Shown one piece after another: positions 31,070 to 40,832 of a DNA stretch of 64,000 nucleotides (positions within the stretch are counted from its first letter, which is position 1; each line of letters begins with the position of its first letter). A program made the translations under genes and the position numbers. The notes beneath the pieces are model-generated. The model saw only the letters and a program-made list of their open reading frames with translations, made no database searches and was not told where the DNA came from. This stretch comes from Candidatus Hydrogenedentota bacterium (GTDB lineage Bacteria; Hydrogenedentota; Hydrogenedentia; Hydrogenedentales; SLHB01): the NCBI GenBank assembly GCA_052033955.1, contig JBPOJD010000008.1, positions 5,628 through 69,627 on the forward strand, written 5' to 3'.

Positions 31070-31149
31070 TGGGAAGAATGGGAGTGATGGGAGGAATTGT
31101 CAGGAACTGACCCCATAGCTCCCATACTTCCCATCATCCCCATTGCCCC
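31055..31149. repeat. Imperfect inverted repeat built from 4+4 tandem 9-bp units (RATGGGARK / reverse), candidate bidirectional terminator between convergent HAD and flotillin genes
   Basis: Arm 1 GATGGGAGT-AATGGGAAG-AATGGGAGT-GATGGGAGG. Loop aattgtcaggaactga. Arm 2 CCCCATAGC-TCCCATACT-TCCCATCAT-CCCCATTGC. Confidence 0.5.
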
Positions 31150-31205
31150 ACAAAGAAGGTCGGCCCCGTTTCCGAGGCCGGCCGTGTTGTTCAGTGGTTG
31201 TTCGG

Positions 31206-32795
31206 CTACACGCTGGGCGGTATGTCCGCGGGGGGCGTTGCGGGTTTCGGCCCATCGCCGCCGGTGGTCTTTTCGGTTTCCGCCTGCATCTTCAGCAGCG
31301 TCTCGGGCAGTTCCACTCCCGCGATGTCGCGCATGACCTGGAGCATGGGCGGGAGTGAGTGCGCGATGTTCTGCAGGAACCCCGCGGTGCTGCTCTTCCC
31401 GTTGCCGTTGCCGCCTTCCCACACGACGACCTTGTCGAACTTGATGTTCGAGATGGCCTGCGCGGAGGTCTGGGCGAGGGTATCGAGGTGCTCCAGCATG
31501 AGTAACTGGAAGGCCTCCTGCGCGCTGCCGCAGGCGCTGATGATCTCGCGGAGCCCCTGTCCCTTCTTGGCCAGGACTTCGTAATTGCCGCGGGCTTCGG
31601 CCTCGAACCGCGCGAAGATGGCCTTGGCCTCGCCCTCCGCCTCGATGCGGCGGCGTTCGGCCTCGGCCTCGGCCTCGACGATGGTGCGGGCCTTTTCGGC
31701 CTTGGCAGGCGCTTCGAGCGCGGCGCGGCGCTCGGCCTCGATGCGTTCGGCCTCGGCGAGGGCGGTCTTGGCCATGGCGCGGTTCTGTGCCTCGAGCACG
31801 GCGGCCTCGGCCACACGCTTGCGCGTTTCGCCAATCTGGTAGGCTTCCGCCTGTTTGACCTTCAACTGCGCCTCAGAATCGGCGATGGCGGCGCGGGCAT
31901 CGTTTTCGCCCGTGACCGCTTCGGCGTTGGCGGTGGCAATGCCGACACGCTGGTCGCGATCGGCCGCCTTCTCGCCCTTGATCGCCTCGGCCTCAGCAGT
32001 GGCGACTGACACGCGCTGGTCGCGGTCGGCCATTTTTTCGCCACGGACGGCTTCCGCCTCGGCCGTGGCGACCTGAACGCGCCGTTCCTGCTCGCGCAGC
32101 TTGACCTGCACCAGCTTGTCCCGCTCGGCCTCGGCCACGCGGACCTCACCGATCTTCTCCTGCTCGGCCACGTCACCGCGCGCCTGCTGGACGGCCTGCG
32201 ACGCGGCTTTCTTGCCGATGGCCTCGATGTAGCCCGAGTCATCGGTGATGTCGGTGATGTTCACGTTGATCAGCACGAGTCCAATCTTCTGCAGCTCGGG
32301 TTCGAGCGAATTCTGGATGTTGTGCAGGAAGATGTCGCGGTCGCGGTTGATCTCTTCGATGCTCATCGAGGCGATCACCTGACGGAGCTGACCGAAGATG
32401 ATGTCCTCGGCCTGCTTCTTCACCTCCGGCAGGCTGAGTCCCAGCAGGCGGATGGCGGCGTTCTGCATCACGTCTTCGTCCGTTCCCACGGCCACGGTGA
32501 AGACCGATGGGACGTTGACGCGGATGTTCTCGATGGACAGCGCGTCCTTGAGGGGAACCTCGATCTGGATCGGTTCAAGGCTGAGGTAGGCGGAATCCTG
32601 CAACAGCGGCCAGATGAAGGCCGCGCCGCCGTGGATGCATTTGGCGCTGGTGCCGCCGGCGATCTTGCCGTAGATCACGAGCACCATGTTGCTGGGGCAC
32701 CGCTTGTACCGGCTGACCAGCACCAGGACGAACGTAAAGAACACGACGACGCTCAGCAGGACGAGCGCCGCTACCCACACCACGGAACCAGGCAT
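31206..32795 (-). CDS. Flotillin-family SPFH/band-7 protein (YqiK/FloT-like)
   Basis: N-terminal TM, SPFH domain, long Ala/Glu-rich coiled-coil repeats (EAEA...), 529 aa. Confidence 0.88.
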   Translation of the reverse strand: MPGSVVWVAALVLLSVVVFFTFVLVLVSRYKRCPSNMVLVIYGKIAGGTSAKCIHGGAAFIWPLLQDSAYLSLEPIQIEVPLKDALSIENIRVNVPSVFTVAVGTDEDVMQNAAIRLLGLSLPEVKKQAEDIIFGQLRQVIASMSIEEINRDRDIFLHNIQNSLEPELQKIGLVLINVNITDITDDSGYIEAIGKKAASQAVQQARGDVAEQEKIGEVRVAEAERDKLVQVKLREQERRVQVATAEAEAVRGEKMADRDQRVSVATAEAEAIKGEKAADRDQRVGIATANAEAVTGENDARAAIADSEAQLKVKQAEAYQIGETRKRVAEAAVLEAQNRAMAKTALAEAERIEAERRAALEAPAKAEKARTIVEAEAEAERRRIEAEGEAKAIFARFEAEARGNYEVLAKKGQGLREIISACGSAQEAFQLLMLEHLDTLAQTSAQAISNIKFDKVVVWEGGNGNGKSSTAGFLQNIAHSLPPMLQVMRDIAGVELPETLLKMQAETEKTTGGDGPKPATPPADIPPSV

Positions 32796-32854
32796 CGCAC
32801 ATCTCCTTCAGGTCCGCACGCGGGCGGACACACGTTTCAGAACGGTTGCCCCTG

Positions 32855-33418
32855 TTATTCTGACGACGCCGGACCGGCGGGCGTCACTTCCACTCTGCCG
32901 TTGCCGAGAATCTGTGTGATCGCCACGAGGGCACCCGTTGGCAAGGCCGCGCCGGGCGTCTCGGCGGCAAACTGCATGGTGCGGCCCTGGACGCTCACGG
33001 TCACCTTGCCGACGCCGCCGCGCGCACCGGGAATGCTTAGATAGACCGTGCCGGGCTGCCCGAGGACGTTTTCCATCTGGACATTGCCTTGGGCGCTGAG
33101 GGAATGGAACGCCTGCATGAGCCAGGCGACGATGACCATCGCGAGGAGTGCCGACGGGACGGCTACGGCAAGCGACAGGAATTCGCCGAGTCCCGCGGCG
33201 AGCGCGGCCATGCCGGCCGTGCCGAAAAAGGCCAGGGCCGCGACGATGGATTTGAAGCTGATGACGCTGAACAACCACGACGAGCTGTCCGTCGCCCCGT
33301 CGAGGTCGCCGTCGAGGTCCGTGCTGCCATCGCTGCCCAGGCCGATCGCGGTGAGGAGAAACTGCAAGAGTAGGATCGCCCCCCCGACGGCCGCGCACAA
33401 CAGATACAGTGTCGTCAT
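32855..33418 (-). CDS. NfeD-like membrane protein (flotillin-associated, YqiJ-like)
   Basis: TM helices plus C-terminal OB-fold-like segment. Immediately upstream of flotillin on the same strand. Confidence 0.7.
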   Translation of the reverse strand: MTTLYLLCAAVGGAILLLQFLLTAIGLGSDGSTDLDGDLDGATDSSSWLFSVISFKSIVAALAFFGTAGMAALAAGLGEFLSLAVAVPSALLAMVIVAWLMQAFHSLSAQGNVQMENVLGQPGTVYLSIPGARGGVGKVTVSVQGRTMQFAAETPGAALPTGALVAITQILGNGRVEVTPAGPASSE

Positions 33419-33574
33419 GGCCCATGCTCCTTGCGAGGTTGGGGCGCCCAGTCGCTCCCCAACCGTTCTCTACACCCCAAGGCATCATATATTCGCCGGC
33501 GCCATGGGTCAAAAATTGGACAAGGACCGCCGGACGCGGGACAATACCGTCTTGGGACGCAACCGTGAAGGGAG

Positions 33575-34150
33575 ATGATCATGCCGCAACCGCCGATTCT
33601 GCCTGTATTGGACTGGCACGGGGTCTTCGACTCGGGGACCGCCTGGCCGGCGTGGCTCCGGGAGGCCCAGGATGACGACGCCGTGCGCCGGATGGAGGAG
33701 ATCCGCGCCCAAGTCTACGTTGAGCCGCACGAGGAGGCCCTGCTGGCGGGACTGAGGCGGCGGGTGCGGGTGGTGGCGATCGCCGAGGCGTGGTGCGGCG
33801 ATGTCCAGCGCCACGCGCCGGTGCTGCAACGGCTCGCGGATCTGGCCCCGAATGTGGAGGTCCGCTACATTCGCCGCGAACAGCATCCGGACGTGTTTGT
33901 GCGCTTTCTGACCAACGGCGGCGAGGCCATTCCGAAGTTCGTCTTCCTGAGCGCGGAGTTTGTCGAATGCGGCAACTGGGGGCCGATGCCCCAGGCGTGC
34001 CGCGACGTCCTGTCGAAGGGCAAGGCCTGCGGCGACGTCGGCAGGGCCCGGCAGAAAGTGAGCGCGATGTACGCCGCCGACGGCAATCAGCGCATCGTGG
34101 TGCGCGAACTGCTCGACCTCGTCCAGATCGCGGCATCGACGGAGCCGTAA
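33575..34150 (+). CDS. Thioredoxin-fold protein (thiol-disulfide oxidoreductase-like, WCGDV motif)
   Basis: VVAIAEAWCGDVQRH motif consistent with a CxxC-like/half-motif in a thioredoxin fold. Second Cys pair CGNWGPMPQAC. Confidence 0.55.
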   Translation: MIMPQPPILPVLDWHGVFDSGTAWPAWLREAQDDDAVRRMEEIRAQVYVEPHEEALLAGLRRRVRVVAIAEAWCGDVQRHAPVLQRLADLAPNVEVRYIRREQHPDVFVRFLTNGGEAIPKFVFLSAEFVECGNWGPMPQACRDVLSKGKACGDVGRARQKVSAMYAADGNQRIVVRELLDLVQIAASTEP

Positions 34151-34160
34151 ACCGCGGGGT

Positions 34161-34466
34161 CTACCAGCCGCTGTCCTCCGGGAAGCAGTTGGCATACCGG
34201 GTGGCCTGACGCGGCTCGGCCATCATTTCGGCGACCGTGTCGCGCCACGTGGCATAGTGGGCGGTCTCCTTGTGCCGGACGACGTCCTCGGGTGTCTGGT
34301 AGACCTCGACCAGGACGAAGCGCGCCGGGTCGTCCTGCTGCTGGAGGACGTCGAAGCGCGCGATGCCGGGTTCGAGCACGCTGTGCCGGGCATTCTCGAC
34401 GCTCGCCTCGCGGAACGCGTCGATATGTTCCGGCTTGACGTGAACATGGACGTGTGCGATGAACAT
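34161..34466 (-). CDS. Antibiotic-biosynthesis-monooxygenase (ABM) domain protein
   Basis: ~100 aa, [21 protein letters not shown]... ferredoxin-like ABM pattern. ATG at 34466. Confidence 0.65.
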   Translation of the reverse strand: MFIAHVHVHVKPEHIDAFREASVENARHSVLEPGIARFDVLQQQDDPARFVLVEVYQTPEDVVRHKETAHYATWRDTVAEMMAEPRQATRYANCFPEDSGW

Positions 34467-34480
34467 GGGCCGTTTCTCCT

Positions 34481-35182
34481 CTATGTGTGGCCGCCGCGAT
34501 AGGGCAAGGGGTCCCGGACACCGGCTTCCTCGAAGGCCTTGAGACGTTCGACGCAGGTGGGACACGTGCCACAGGCCTCGCCGCCCCCGCGGTAGCAACT
34601 CCAGGTCTGGCTGTAGTCCACTCCGAGCGCCAGCCCGATTCGCAATGCCGCCGCCTTGCTCAATTCGGCAAAAGGCGCCCGGATCGTCACCGGCTCGCGC
34701 CGGTTGAGCGCGAGGACGTTGTTCAGACGGTGCACGAAGGTCGCCGTGCAGTCCCAGTAACCGTATTCATCCTGCGCCTGGGCGCCGTAGTACACGTCGG
34801 CCATGCCATGCGCCTCGGCATAGGCCGCCGCCATGGACAGCAACATCATGTTGCGGTTGGGGACGTAGGTCGGCGGCTGATCGCGCTGATCGGGCGGCAC
34901 GTCGGCGAGGTCGGGCACGCCCTGCCCGCCGTCGACGAGGGCGGTGCCGGACCGTACGAGCGGGCCGAAGAACGAGACGTCGACCACGGTGTGGCGGGCC
35001 ACGCCGGCCGCCGCGGCCTGCCACCGGGCGCACGCGAGCTCGCGGCCGTGGCGTTGACCGTAGTTGAAGCTCAACGCATGCACCGGATGCGCGCCGCCGT
35101 CCCGGACGACGCGGTGCAGCAGGGCCGTCGAATCCATCCCGCCGCTCAACAACACAACGGCGGGGCTGTCCCCAGATTTCAT
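34481..35182 (-). CDS. queC: 7-cyano-7-deazaguanine synthase
   Basis: PP-loop [12 protein letters not shown]-terminal Zn site [15 protein letters not shown]. Confidence 0.9.
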   Translation of the reverse strand: MKSGDSPAVVLLSGGMDSTALLHRVVRDGGAHPVHALSFNYGQRHGRELACARWQAAAAGVARHTVVDVSFFGPLVRSGTALVDGGQGVPDLADVPPDQRDQPPTYVPNRNMMLLSMAAAYAEAHGMADVYYGAQAQDEYGYWDCTATFVHRLNNVLALNRREPVTIRAPFAELSKAAALRIGLALGVDYSQTWSCYRGGGEACGTCPTCVERLKAFEEAGVRDPLPYRGGHT

Positions 35183-35310
35183 GATCCTGCTCCCCGGCGG
35201 CAGCCGCCTTGGCATCGTTTCGTATCCATGGCCAGCTTACCACGGCCGCGTGGACGGACCGGCCCCGGGCCCGCTATACTGCGGCCCGCGCCCGGTTGCG
35301 CATTCCGCAT

Positions 35311-36387
35311 ATGAAAACCAGCCGCGTCCATACCGATATGTCCTCGTTCCGGCATGCCCTGCTCGCGTGGTATGACCGTGAGGCCCGCGATCTGCCTTGG
35401 CGGCGCGATCCGCGACCCTACCTGGTGTGGCTCTCCGAGATCATTCTCCAACAGACCCGCGTCGATCAAGGGTTGCCGTATTACGAACGTTTTCTCGGCG
35501 CCTTTCCGGACGTGTTCACGTTGGCCGCCGCGGACGAGGACGCGGTGCTCAAGCAATGGGAGGGACTGGGCTACTACACCCGCGCGCGCAATCTCCATCG
35601 AGCCGCCCGGGTCCTCGTGCAGCGGCAGGACGGGATCTTTCCGGTCACCGCCGCCGAATGGGAAGCCCTGCCCGGCGTCGGACCCTACACGGCCCGGGCC
35701 ATTGCCAGCATCGCGTTCGGCGAGGCGGTACCCGTGCTCGACGGCAACGTCAAACGCGTGCTCGCGCGGCTGGACGACGTGGCCGCATCCATCGACGACC
35801 GTGTGGTCGAGAAGGCGCTCTGGGCGCGTGCGACGGCGTTGCTTTCGACGAGCCGCCCCGGCGACTTCAACCAGGCGATGATGGAACTCGGCGCGCGCAT
35901 CTGCACACCCCGGCAACCGGCCTGCGACGCGTGCCCGGTAGCGAAACACTGCCGCGCCCGGGCTCAGGGCACCCAGGAACAGCGGCCCGTGCGGCACGCA
36001 AAAAAGGCCGCGCCGCATCACGAGGTCGTCGTCGCGGCGATTCGCCGCCAGGGGCGCTACCTGATTGGCCGAAGGCCGAGCAAGGGGCTGTTGGGAGGAC
36101 TGTGGGAGTTCCCCGGCGGCAAGGTCGAACCCGGCGAAGACCACACCGCCGCGCTCCGGCGGGAAATGCGCGAGGAACTGGGCTTGGACGTCGAAATCGG
36201 CGGCCTCGTGGCCAGCGTGCGGCACGCCTACAGCCATTTCCGCATCACACTGAGCGTCTACCGTTGCACGATCCGCGACGGCGAGCCGCAACCCGCCACA
36301 CACGAAGCACTGCGATGGGTGCGCCCGGCTGAATTCGGGCAGTACGCCTTCCCCAAGGCCAATCAGAAGTTTCTGGGGCTGCTGTGA
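35311..36387 (+). CDS. mutY: A/G-specific adenine DNA glycosylase
   Basis: HhH-GPD (LPGVGPYTARAI), 4Fe-4S loop CTPRQPACDACPVAKHC, C-terminal NUDIX-like domain (GLWEFPGGKVEPGE). Confidence 0.88.
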   Translation: MKTSRVHTDMSSFRHALLAWYDREARDLPWRRDPRPYLVWLSEIILQQTRVDQGLPYYERFLGAFPDVFTLAAADEDAVLKQWEGLGYYTRARNLHRAARVLVQRQDGIFPVTAAEWEALPGVGPYTARAIASIAFGEAVPVLDGNVKRVLARLDDVAASIDDRVVEKALWARATALLSTSRPGDFNQAMMELGARICTPRQPACDACPVAKHCRARAQGTQEQRPVRHAKKAAPHHEVVVAAIRRQGRYLIGRRPSKGLLGGLWEFPGGKVEPGEDHTAALRREMREELGLDVEIGGLVASVRHAYSHFRITLSVYRCTIRDGEPQPATHEALRWVRPAEFGQYAFPKANQKFLGLL

Positions 36388-36411
36388 CCACGGCCCCAGG
36401 AGCGCGCCTGC

Positions 36412-36790
36412 TCAGCCCAGGGCGATCCAGTAGCGGAAGACGGGTTTCGCCGAGTGGCGCGAAATCACCCCGCGCTCGAAGACACCGCCGTTTCTTCTCG
36501 ACGGTGCGCGCGGAACCCGTGTTGTCGGTGTCGCACGTGACCAGGACCCGGTCGAGGCCGCGTTCGCGCCCCTTGTCGAGGGGCAGCGCCAGAATGCGCG
36601 GGCAGGGCGACGCTCCGGCCATTGGCGCTTCGCCCGGTCGTCACCGAATACACCTGATCCATCCACGCTTGACCAGTCTCTGTGCCCGCCCTGGCGGAGA
36701 ACGCCCGCCGAGGCCCTGGCCATCGCCGCGCAACAGGGTGAAGGGCGGTGTCAGGCCAGACCGATCGCGCGAGTGTGAACCCCGCGCCCT
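36412..36790 (-). pseudogene. Decayed GNAT-family N-acetyltransferase remnant (frameshifted)
   Basis: Two overlapping minus-strand frames give LALPLDKGRERGLDRVLVTCDTDNTGSARTVEKK and, after a frameshift, NGGVFERGVISRHSAKPVFRYWIALG*. Together they reconstruct a typical GNAT C-terminus. No intact ORF. Confidence 0.4.
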
Positions 36791-36805
36791 GTCCTGTCGC
36801 GGGGA

Positions 36806-37492
36806 CTACCCCTGAACCGATTGCCACGCGCCGAGCGCCGCAACCAGGGTCGGTGTGTCGACGACGTAGTCGTAGGCGGCATCGTCGATGCCGCGCATGC
36901 GGGTGGACTCGCGGGCGTTGGTGGTGGCGTCGTGCACGCATAAAGTCTTGTAACCCAATCGTTTGGCCGAGGTGGCTGTCTTGCCGAGGCAGGCCTCGGT
37001 GTGCCCCCCGATGAAGATGAGGCTATGCACGCCCAGATTCGCCAACACGAACGGCAGATTGGAGGACATGAAGGCGTCCTGGGCTGTCTTGGCCAGCACG
37101 TATTCGTTCTCCTGCACATGGAAGAACGACGCCGGGCGCGACCCCGGTTCGCTGATGTGTCCGCCCCACCTGGTGTAATCCTCGCCGTGATTCCGGATCA
37201 TCATCTGCCGCACGATCGGGTCCAGGTCCATCCCGTCGCGAAACTGGTGGCCCCAGTGGATGAAGATCATCGGCATGCCCGTGGCGCGGCAATGCTCGAC
37301 CACGGTCGAGGCGTTCGGCAGCGCCACGTCCCAGGCAAAGGCCGACGCCTTGTTGATGTCGTCCGCCGTGAACCCCCATTTCTTCCAGTCGGCGGGCAGG
37401 GTTTCATCCCTGGCTTCGCCGCCGCGCTGGCCTTCCTGGATATCCACACTGATAAATGCGCATTTCTCGAAGAAATCCATGCTGATCGCCAT
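36806..37492 (-). CDS. Isochorismatase-family cysteine hydrolase
   Basis: DIQ... Asp, conserved Lys, and catalytic Cys in IFIGGHTEACLGKTA. Confidence 0.75.
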   Translation of the reverse strand: MAISMDFFEKCAFISVDIQEGQRGGEARDETLPADWKKWGFTADDINKASAFAWDVALPNASTVVEHCRATGMPMIFIHWGHQFRDGMDLDPIVRQMMIRNHGEDYTRWGGHISEPGSRPASFFHVQENEYVLAKTAQDAFMSSNLPFVLANLGVHSLIFIGGHTEACLGKTATSAKRLGYKTLCVHDATTNARESTRMRGIDDAAYDYVVDTPTLVAALGAWQSVQG

Positions 37493-37582
37493 GCTGTATC
37501 CTCTCCTGATTGGTTCACGCCGCGCCAAGCATAGAGATTGCCGACCGGGCCGTCAAGGCGCTCACTCTGGTAAAATACCCGC

Positions 37583-39085
37583 ATGCGCCACGCACTGACA
37601 GCCGTCCTGGTTGCCGCGGCCCTCGCGGCCGGGGCCAACGAACCCGTCTGGGTACTCGACGTATTCCTGTCCCAAGGCCAGACCGTGGACGCGCTGACCG
37701 CCGCGGGGATCATCGTGGACAGCGTGCGTGAGGCCGCTGCGGTGGTCTATGCCACGCCGGACCACCGTCAGTGGCTCGATGACCACGGCTACGCCTACCG
37801 GGTGCGCGAGCGCCAGATCCCGGGCAAGCGCTACGACGGTTACGTCTCCTACGACGCGCTCTCTGACCAGTTGAACGCCTACGCGACGGCCTGGCCGGAA
37901 CTGTGCCGGTTGACCAGTCTGGGGCAGTCGGTCCAGGGACGGGAGCTGTGGGCGATGCTCATCACGGACGCGCCCGGCGAGGAGGAGGACGAACCCGAAC
38001 TCCGGTACGCGTCGACCATGCACGGCGACGAGCCGCTGGGCACCGAGCTGTGCCTCGGATTCATCGGTTATCTGCTCGAGAACTATGCCACCAGCGAGCG
38101 CGTCCGGGCCCTTGTGGATGAGACCGCGATCTGGGTGCTCCCGCTCATGAACCCGGACGGCTACGAGGCCGGCATGCGCTTCAATGCCACGGGGCGCGAC
38201 CTCAACCGGTCATTTCCGATCTTCCCGGTGGACTACGCCGCGCCGATCTTCGCCGATCCTGCGCTGCCGATGGCCGGGCGGCCGGTCGAGGTGCAGCACG
38301 TGATGCGCTGGGCCGCACGCGAGAGTTTCGTCCTCGGCGCGAATTTCCACACGGGGGCCCTGGTCGTCAATTACCCCTACGACGACGACGGCAAGGGCAG
38401 CGTGTATTCGCCGACGCCGGATGAAGCGCTGTTTCGCGATCTCGCCCGGCGGTACAGCCGCACGAATCCCCCGATGTGGGCCAGCCCGTACTTCGCCGAC
38501 GGGATCACCAACGGCGCCGCCTGGTACAGCATCAATGGCGGCATGCAGGACTGGCACTACCGCTACCTCGGGTGTCTCGATGTGACGATCGAGCTGTCGG
38601 ACACCAAACAGCCTCCTGCCTCGGCGTTGCCGCAGCTCTGGCAGGACAATCTCGAAAGCATGCTCGCCTATGCCGAGGCCATTCATCGCGGCGTGCGCGG
38701 TGTCGTCACCGACGCGGTGACGGGCGCCCCGGTCTACGCCGCGGTCACCATCGAGGGCAATTCGCAACCGGTGTTCACCGATCCGGATGTGGGCGACTAC
38801 CACCGGCTGCTCCTGCCCGGCACGTACACGCCGACGGCGGCCGCCCCCGGCTACATCACCCGCCGGCTGGACCCGGTGACCGTGGCGGAGAACGGCGGCG
38901 TGCGTGCCGACGCCCTGTTGCATACTGGCGACATCAACGGCGACCGCCGGGTCGACGCGGTGGACGTCCAGCTTGTCATCCTGGCCGTGCTGGGCGTCAA
39001 GGAACCCTATCCGTGCGACGTTGACGGCGGCGGGGTGACATCCACGGACGCACAGGCCGTGGTGTGGCGCTGCCTGACACGGTAA
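37583..39085 (+). CDS. Secreted M14 zinc carboxypeptidase (paralogue of 263-1960) with C-terminal dockerin-like domain
   Basis: Same HGDEPLGTE and [16 protein letters not shown] core. Signal peptide MRHALTAVLVAAALAAGA. C-terminal DINGDRRVDAVDVQLVILAVLG plus DVDGGGVTSTDAQAVVWRCL, the dockerin type-I duplicated Ca-binding pattern. Confidence 0.82.
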   Translation: MRHALTAVLVAAALAAGANEPVWVLDVFLSQGQTVDALTAAGIIVDSVREAAAVVYATPDHRQWLDDHGYAYRVRERQIPGKRYDGYVSYDALSDQLNAYATAWPELCRLTSLGQSVQGRELWAMLITDAPGEEEDEPELRYASTMHGDEPLGTELCLGFIGYLLENYATSERVRALVDETAIWVLPLMNPDGYEAGMRFNATGRDLNRSFPIFPVDYAAPIFADPALPMAGRPVEVQHVMRWAARESFVLGANFHTGALVVNYPYDDDGKGSVYSPTPDEALFRDLARRYSRTNPPMWASPYFADGITNGAAWYSINGGMQDWHYRYLGCLDVTIELSDTKQPPASALPQLWQDNLESMLAYAEAIHRGVRGVVTDAVTGAPVYAAVTIEGNSQPVFTDPDVGDYHRLLLPGTYTPTAAAPGYITRRLDPVTVAENGGVRADALLHTGDINGDRRVDAVDVQLVILAVLGVKEPYPCDVDGGGVTSTDAQAVVWRCLTR

Positions 39086-39188
39086 CGGGGGCCTGCCCTT
39101 TCGCCCGGCCCGCGGGAAGGGTATAATGGCGGCCTTCAGGGCGCGTGGCGCCCGTCGCGGAACGACCACGGAAGCTGAGGCCGTCTTG

Positions 39189-40817
39189 ATGAGACACACC
39201 GCACCTGCAATCTGCCCGGCGCTTGCCCTGTTGTTGACGCTCTTCCTGGGGGCATGCGGCGGCGGACCGACACCCGCCGACGCCGCCGCCGACGCGGGCA
39301 TCCTGCTGCTGGGCAACGGGGCCGAACCGCAGGGCCTCGATCCGCATCTCGTCACGGGCCTGGCCGAGCACCGTATCCTGCGCACGCTCTTCGAGGGCCT
39401 GACGGACCTCGATCCTGTAACCCACGAGCCGGTTCCGGCCGTGGCGGAGCGCTGGGACCTCTCCGCGGACGGCCTGGTCTACACCTTCCATCTGCGCGCG
39501 GACGCAACGTGGTCCAATGGCGACCCAGTGACCGCTCATGATTTCGTGTATGGGTGGCGGCGCATCCTGTCGCCCAAGCTCGCCGCCGAGTACAGCTACA
39601 TGCTGTGGGTCATCAAGAACGCCGCCGCCTACAACCGGGGCGAGATCACGGATTTCGGCGATGTGGGCGTCGAAGCGCCCGATGACCGCACCCTGCGCGT
39701 CACCCTCGAGCATCCCACGCCCTATTTCCTGACCATGCAGGTGCACCAGTCCTACCTGCCCGTGCACCGGCCGACGATCGAGGCGGCCGGCGTCATCGAC
39801 GCGCGCGGGACGGATTGGGCCACCCTCGACAAGCTCGTGGGCAACGGTCCCTTCGTGCTCACCGCGTGGGCGCCCAACCGGGTGCTCAGCGTGCGCAAGC
39901 GCGCGGACTACTGGGACGCCGCCTCGGTGGGGTTGAACGGCGTCGATTTCCTTCCCATCGACGACGAGCAGACCGAGGAGCGCAGTTTTCGCGCGGGCGA
40001 GATGCATGTCACACAGACCGTGCCGAGCAACAAGATTCCCGTCTACCGCAAGCAGCATCCTGATCGCATCCGTATCGCGCCCTATTTCGGCGCGTACTTC
40101 TACCGTTTCAACGTGACCCAGCCGCCATTGAACGATCCCCGCGTGCGGCGGGCACTTACAATGAGCGTGGACCGGCAGGCCATCGTCGAACGCGTGACCC
40201 GCGGCGACCAGCAACCCGCGACCTTCCTGACGCCTCCGGGTGTCGCCGGGTATACGCCGCCCGAGGGCTTGCCGTATGACCCGGAGCGGGCCCGGGCGCT
40301 GCTTGCCGACGCGGGGTTTCCCAATGGCCAAGGCTTCCCTGCCCTCGAGATTCTCTACAACACGAGCGACAACCACCGGCGCATCGCCGAAGCCGTGCAG
40401 CAGATGTGGCGGGAGACGCTCGGCATCGAGGTCGGCCTGTACAATCAGGACTGGAAGGTCTATCTGTCGAGCATGAACAATCTCGACTACGACATCGTCC
40501 GCGGGAGCTGGATCGGCGATTACCTCGATCCGATGACCTTTCTGGACCTGTTTGTCACGGACGGCGGCAACAACCGGACCGGCTGGGCATCACCGGCGTA
40601 TGACGCGCGGATTGCCCAGGCCAACCAGACCGCCGACCCGGTCGAGCGCGCCGCGGTGCTGCGCGAAGCCGAGGCCGTGCTGCTCGATGAGGCGCCGGTG
40701 CTGCCAATCTATGTGTACACGCGGCTCAACCTCATTTCGCCGCATGTAGTGAACTGGCGCGACAGCCTGATCGGCGAGATGTTCTTCAAGGACCTGCGCC
40801 TCGAGCCACTTTCATAG
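39189..40817 (+). CDS. ABC transporter substrate-binding lipoprotein, peptide/oligopeptide (family 5, OppA/DppA-like)
   Basis: Lipobox LGACGG. SBP_bac_5 conserved segments (WSNGDPVTAHDFVYGWRR...). 542 aa. Confidence 0.85.
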   Translation: MRHTAPAICPALALLLTLFLGACGGGPTPADAAADAGILLLGNGAEPQGLDPHLVTGLAEHRILRTLFEGLTDLDPVTHEPVPAVAERWDLSADGLVYTFHLRADATWSNGDPVTAHDFVYGWRRILSPKLAAEYSYMLWVIKNAAAYNRGEITDFGDVGVEAPDDRTLRVTLEHPTPYFLTMQVHQSYLPVHRPTIEAAGVIDARGTDWATLDKLVGNGPFVLTAWAPNRVLSVRKRADYWDAASVGLNGVDFLPIDDEQTEERSFRAGEMHVTQTVPSNKIPVYRKQHPDRIRIAPYFGAYFYRFNVTQPPLNDPRVRRALTMSVDRQAIVERVTRGDQQPATFLTPPGVAGYTPPEGLPYDPERARALLADAGFPNGQGFPALEILYNTSDNHRRIAEAVQQMWRETLGIEVGLYNQDWKVYLSSMNNLDYDIVRGSWIGDYLDPMTFLDLFVTDGGNNRTGWASPAYDARIAQANQTADPVERAAVLREAEAVLLDEAPVLPIYVYTRLNLISPHVVNWRDSLIGEMFFKDLRLEPLS

Positions 40818-40832
40818 TCACGGAGGGACGGG

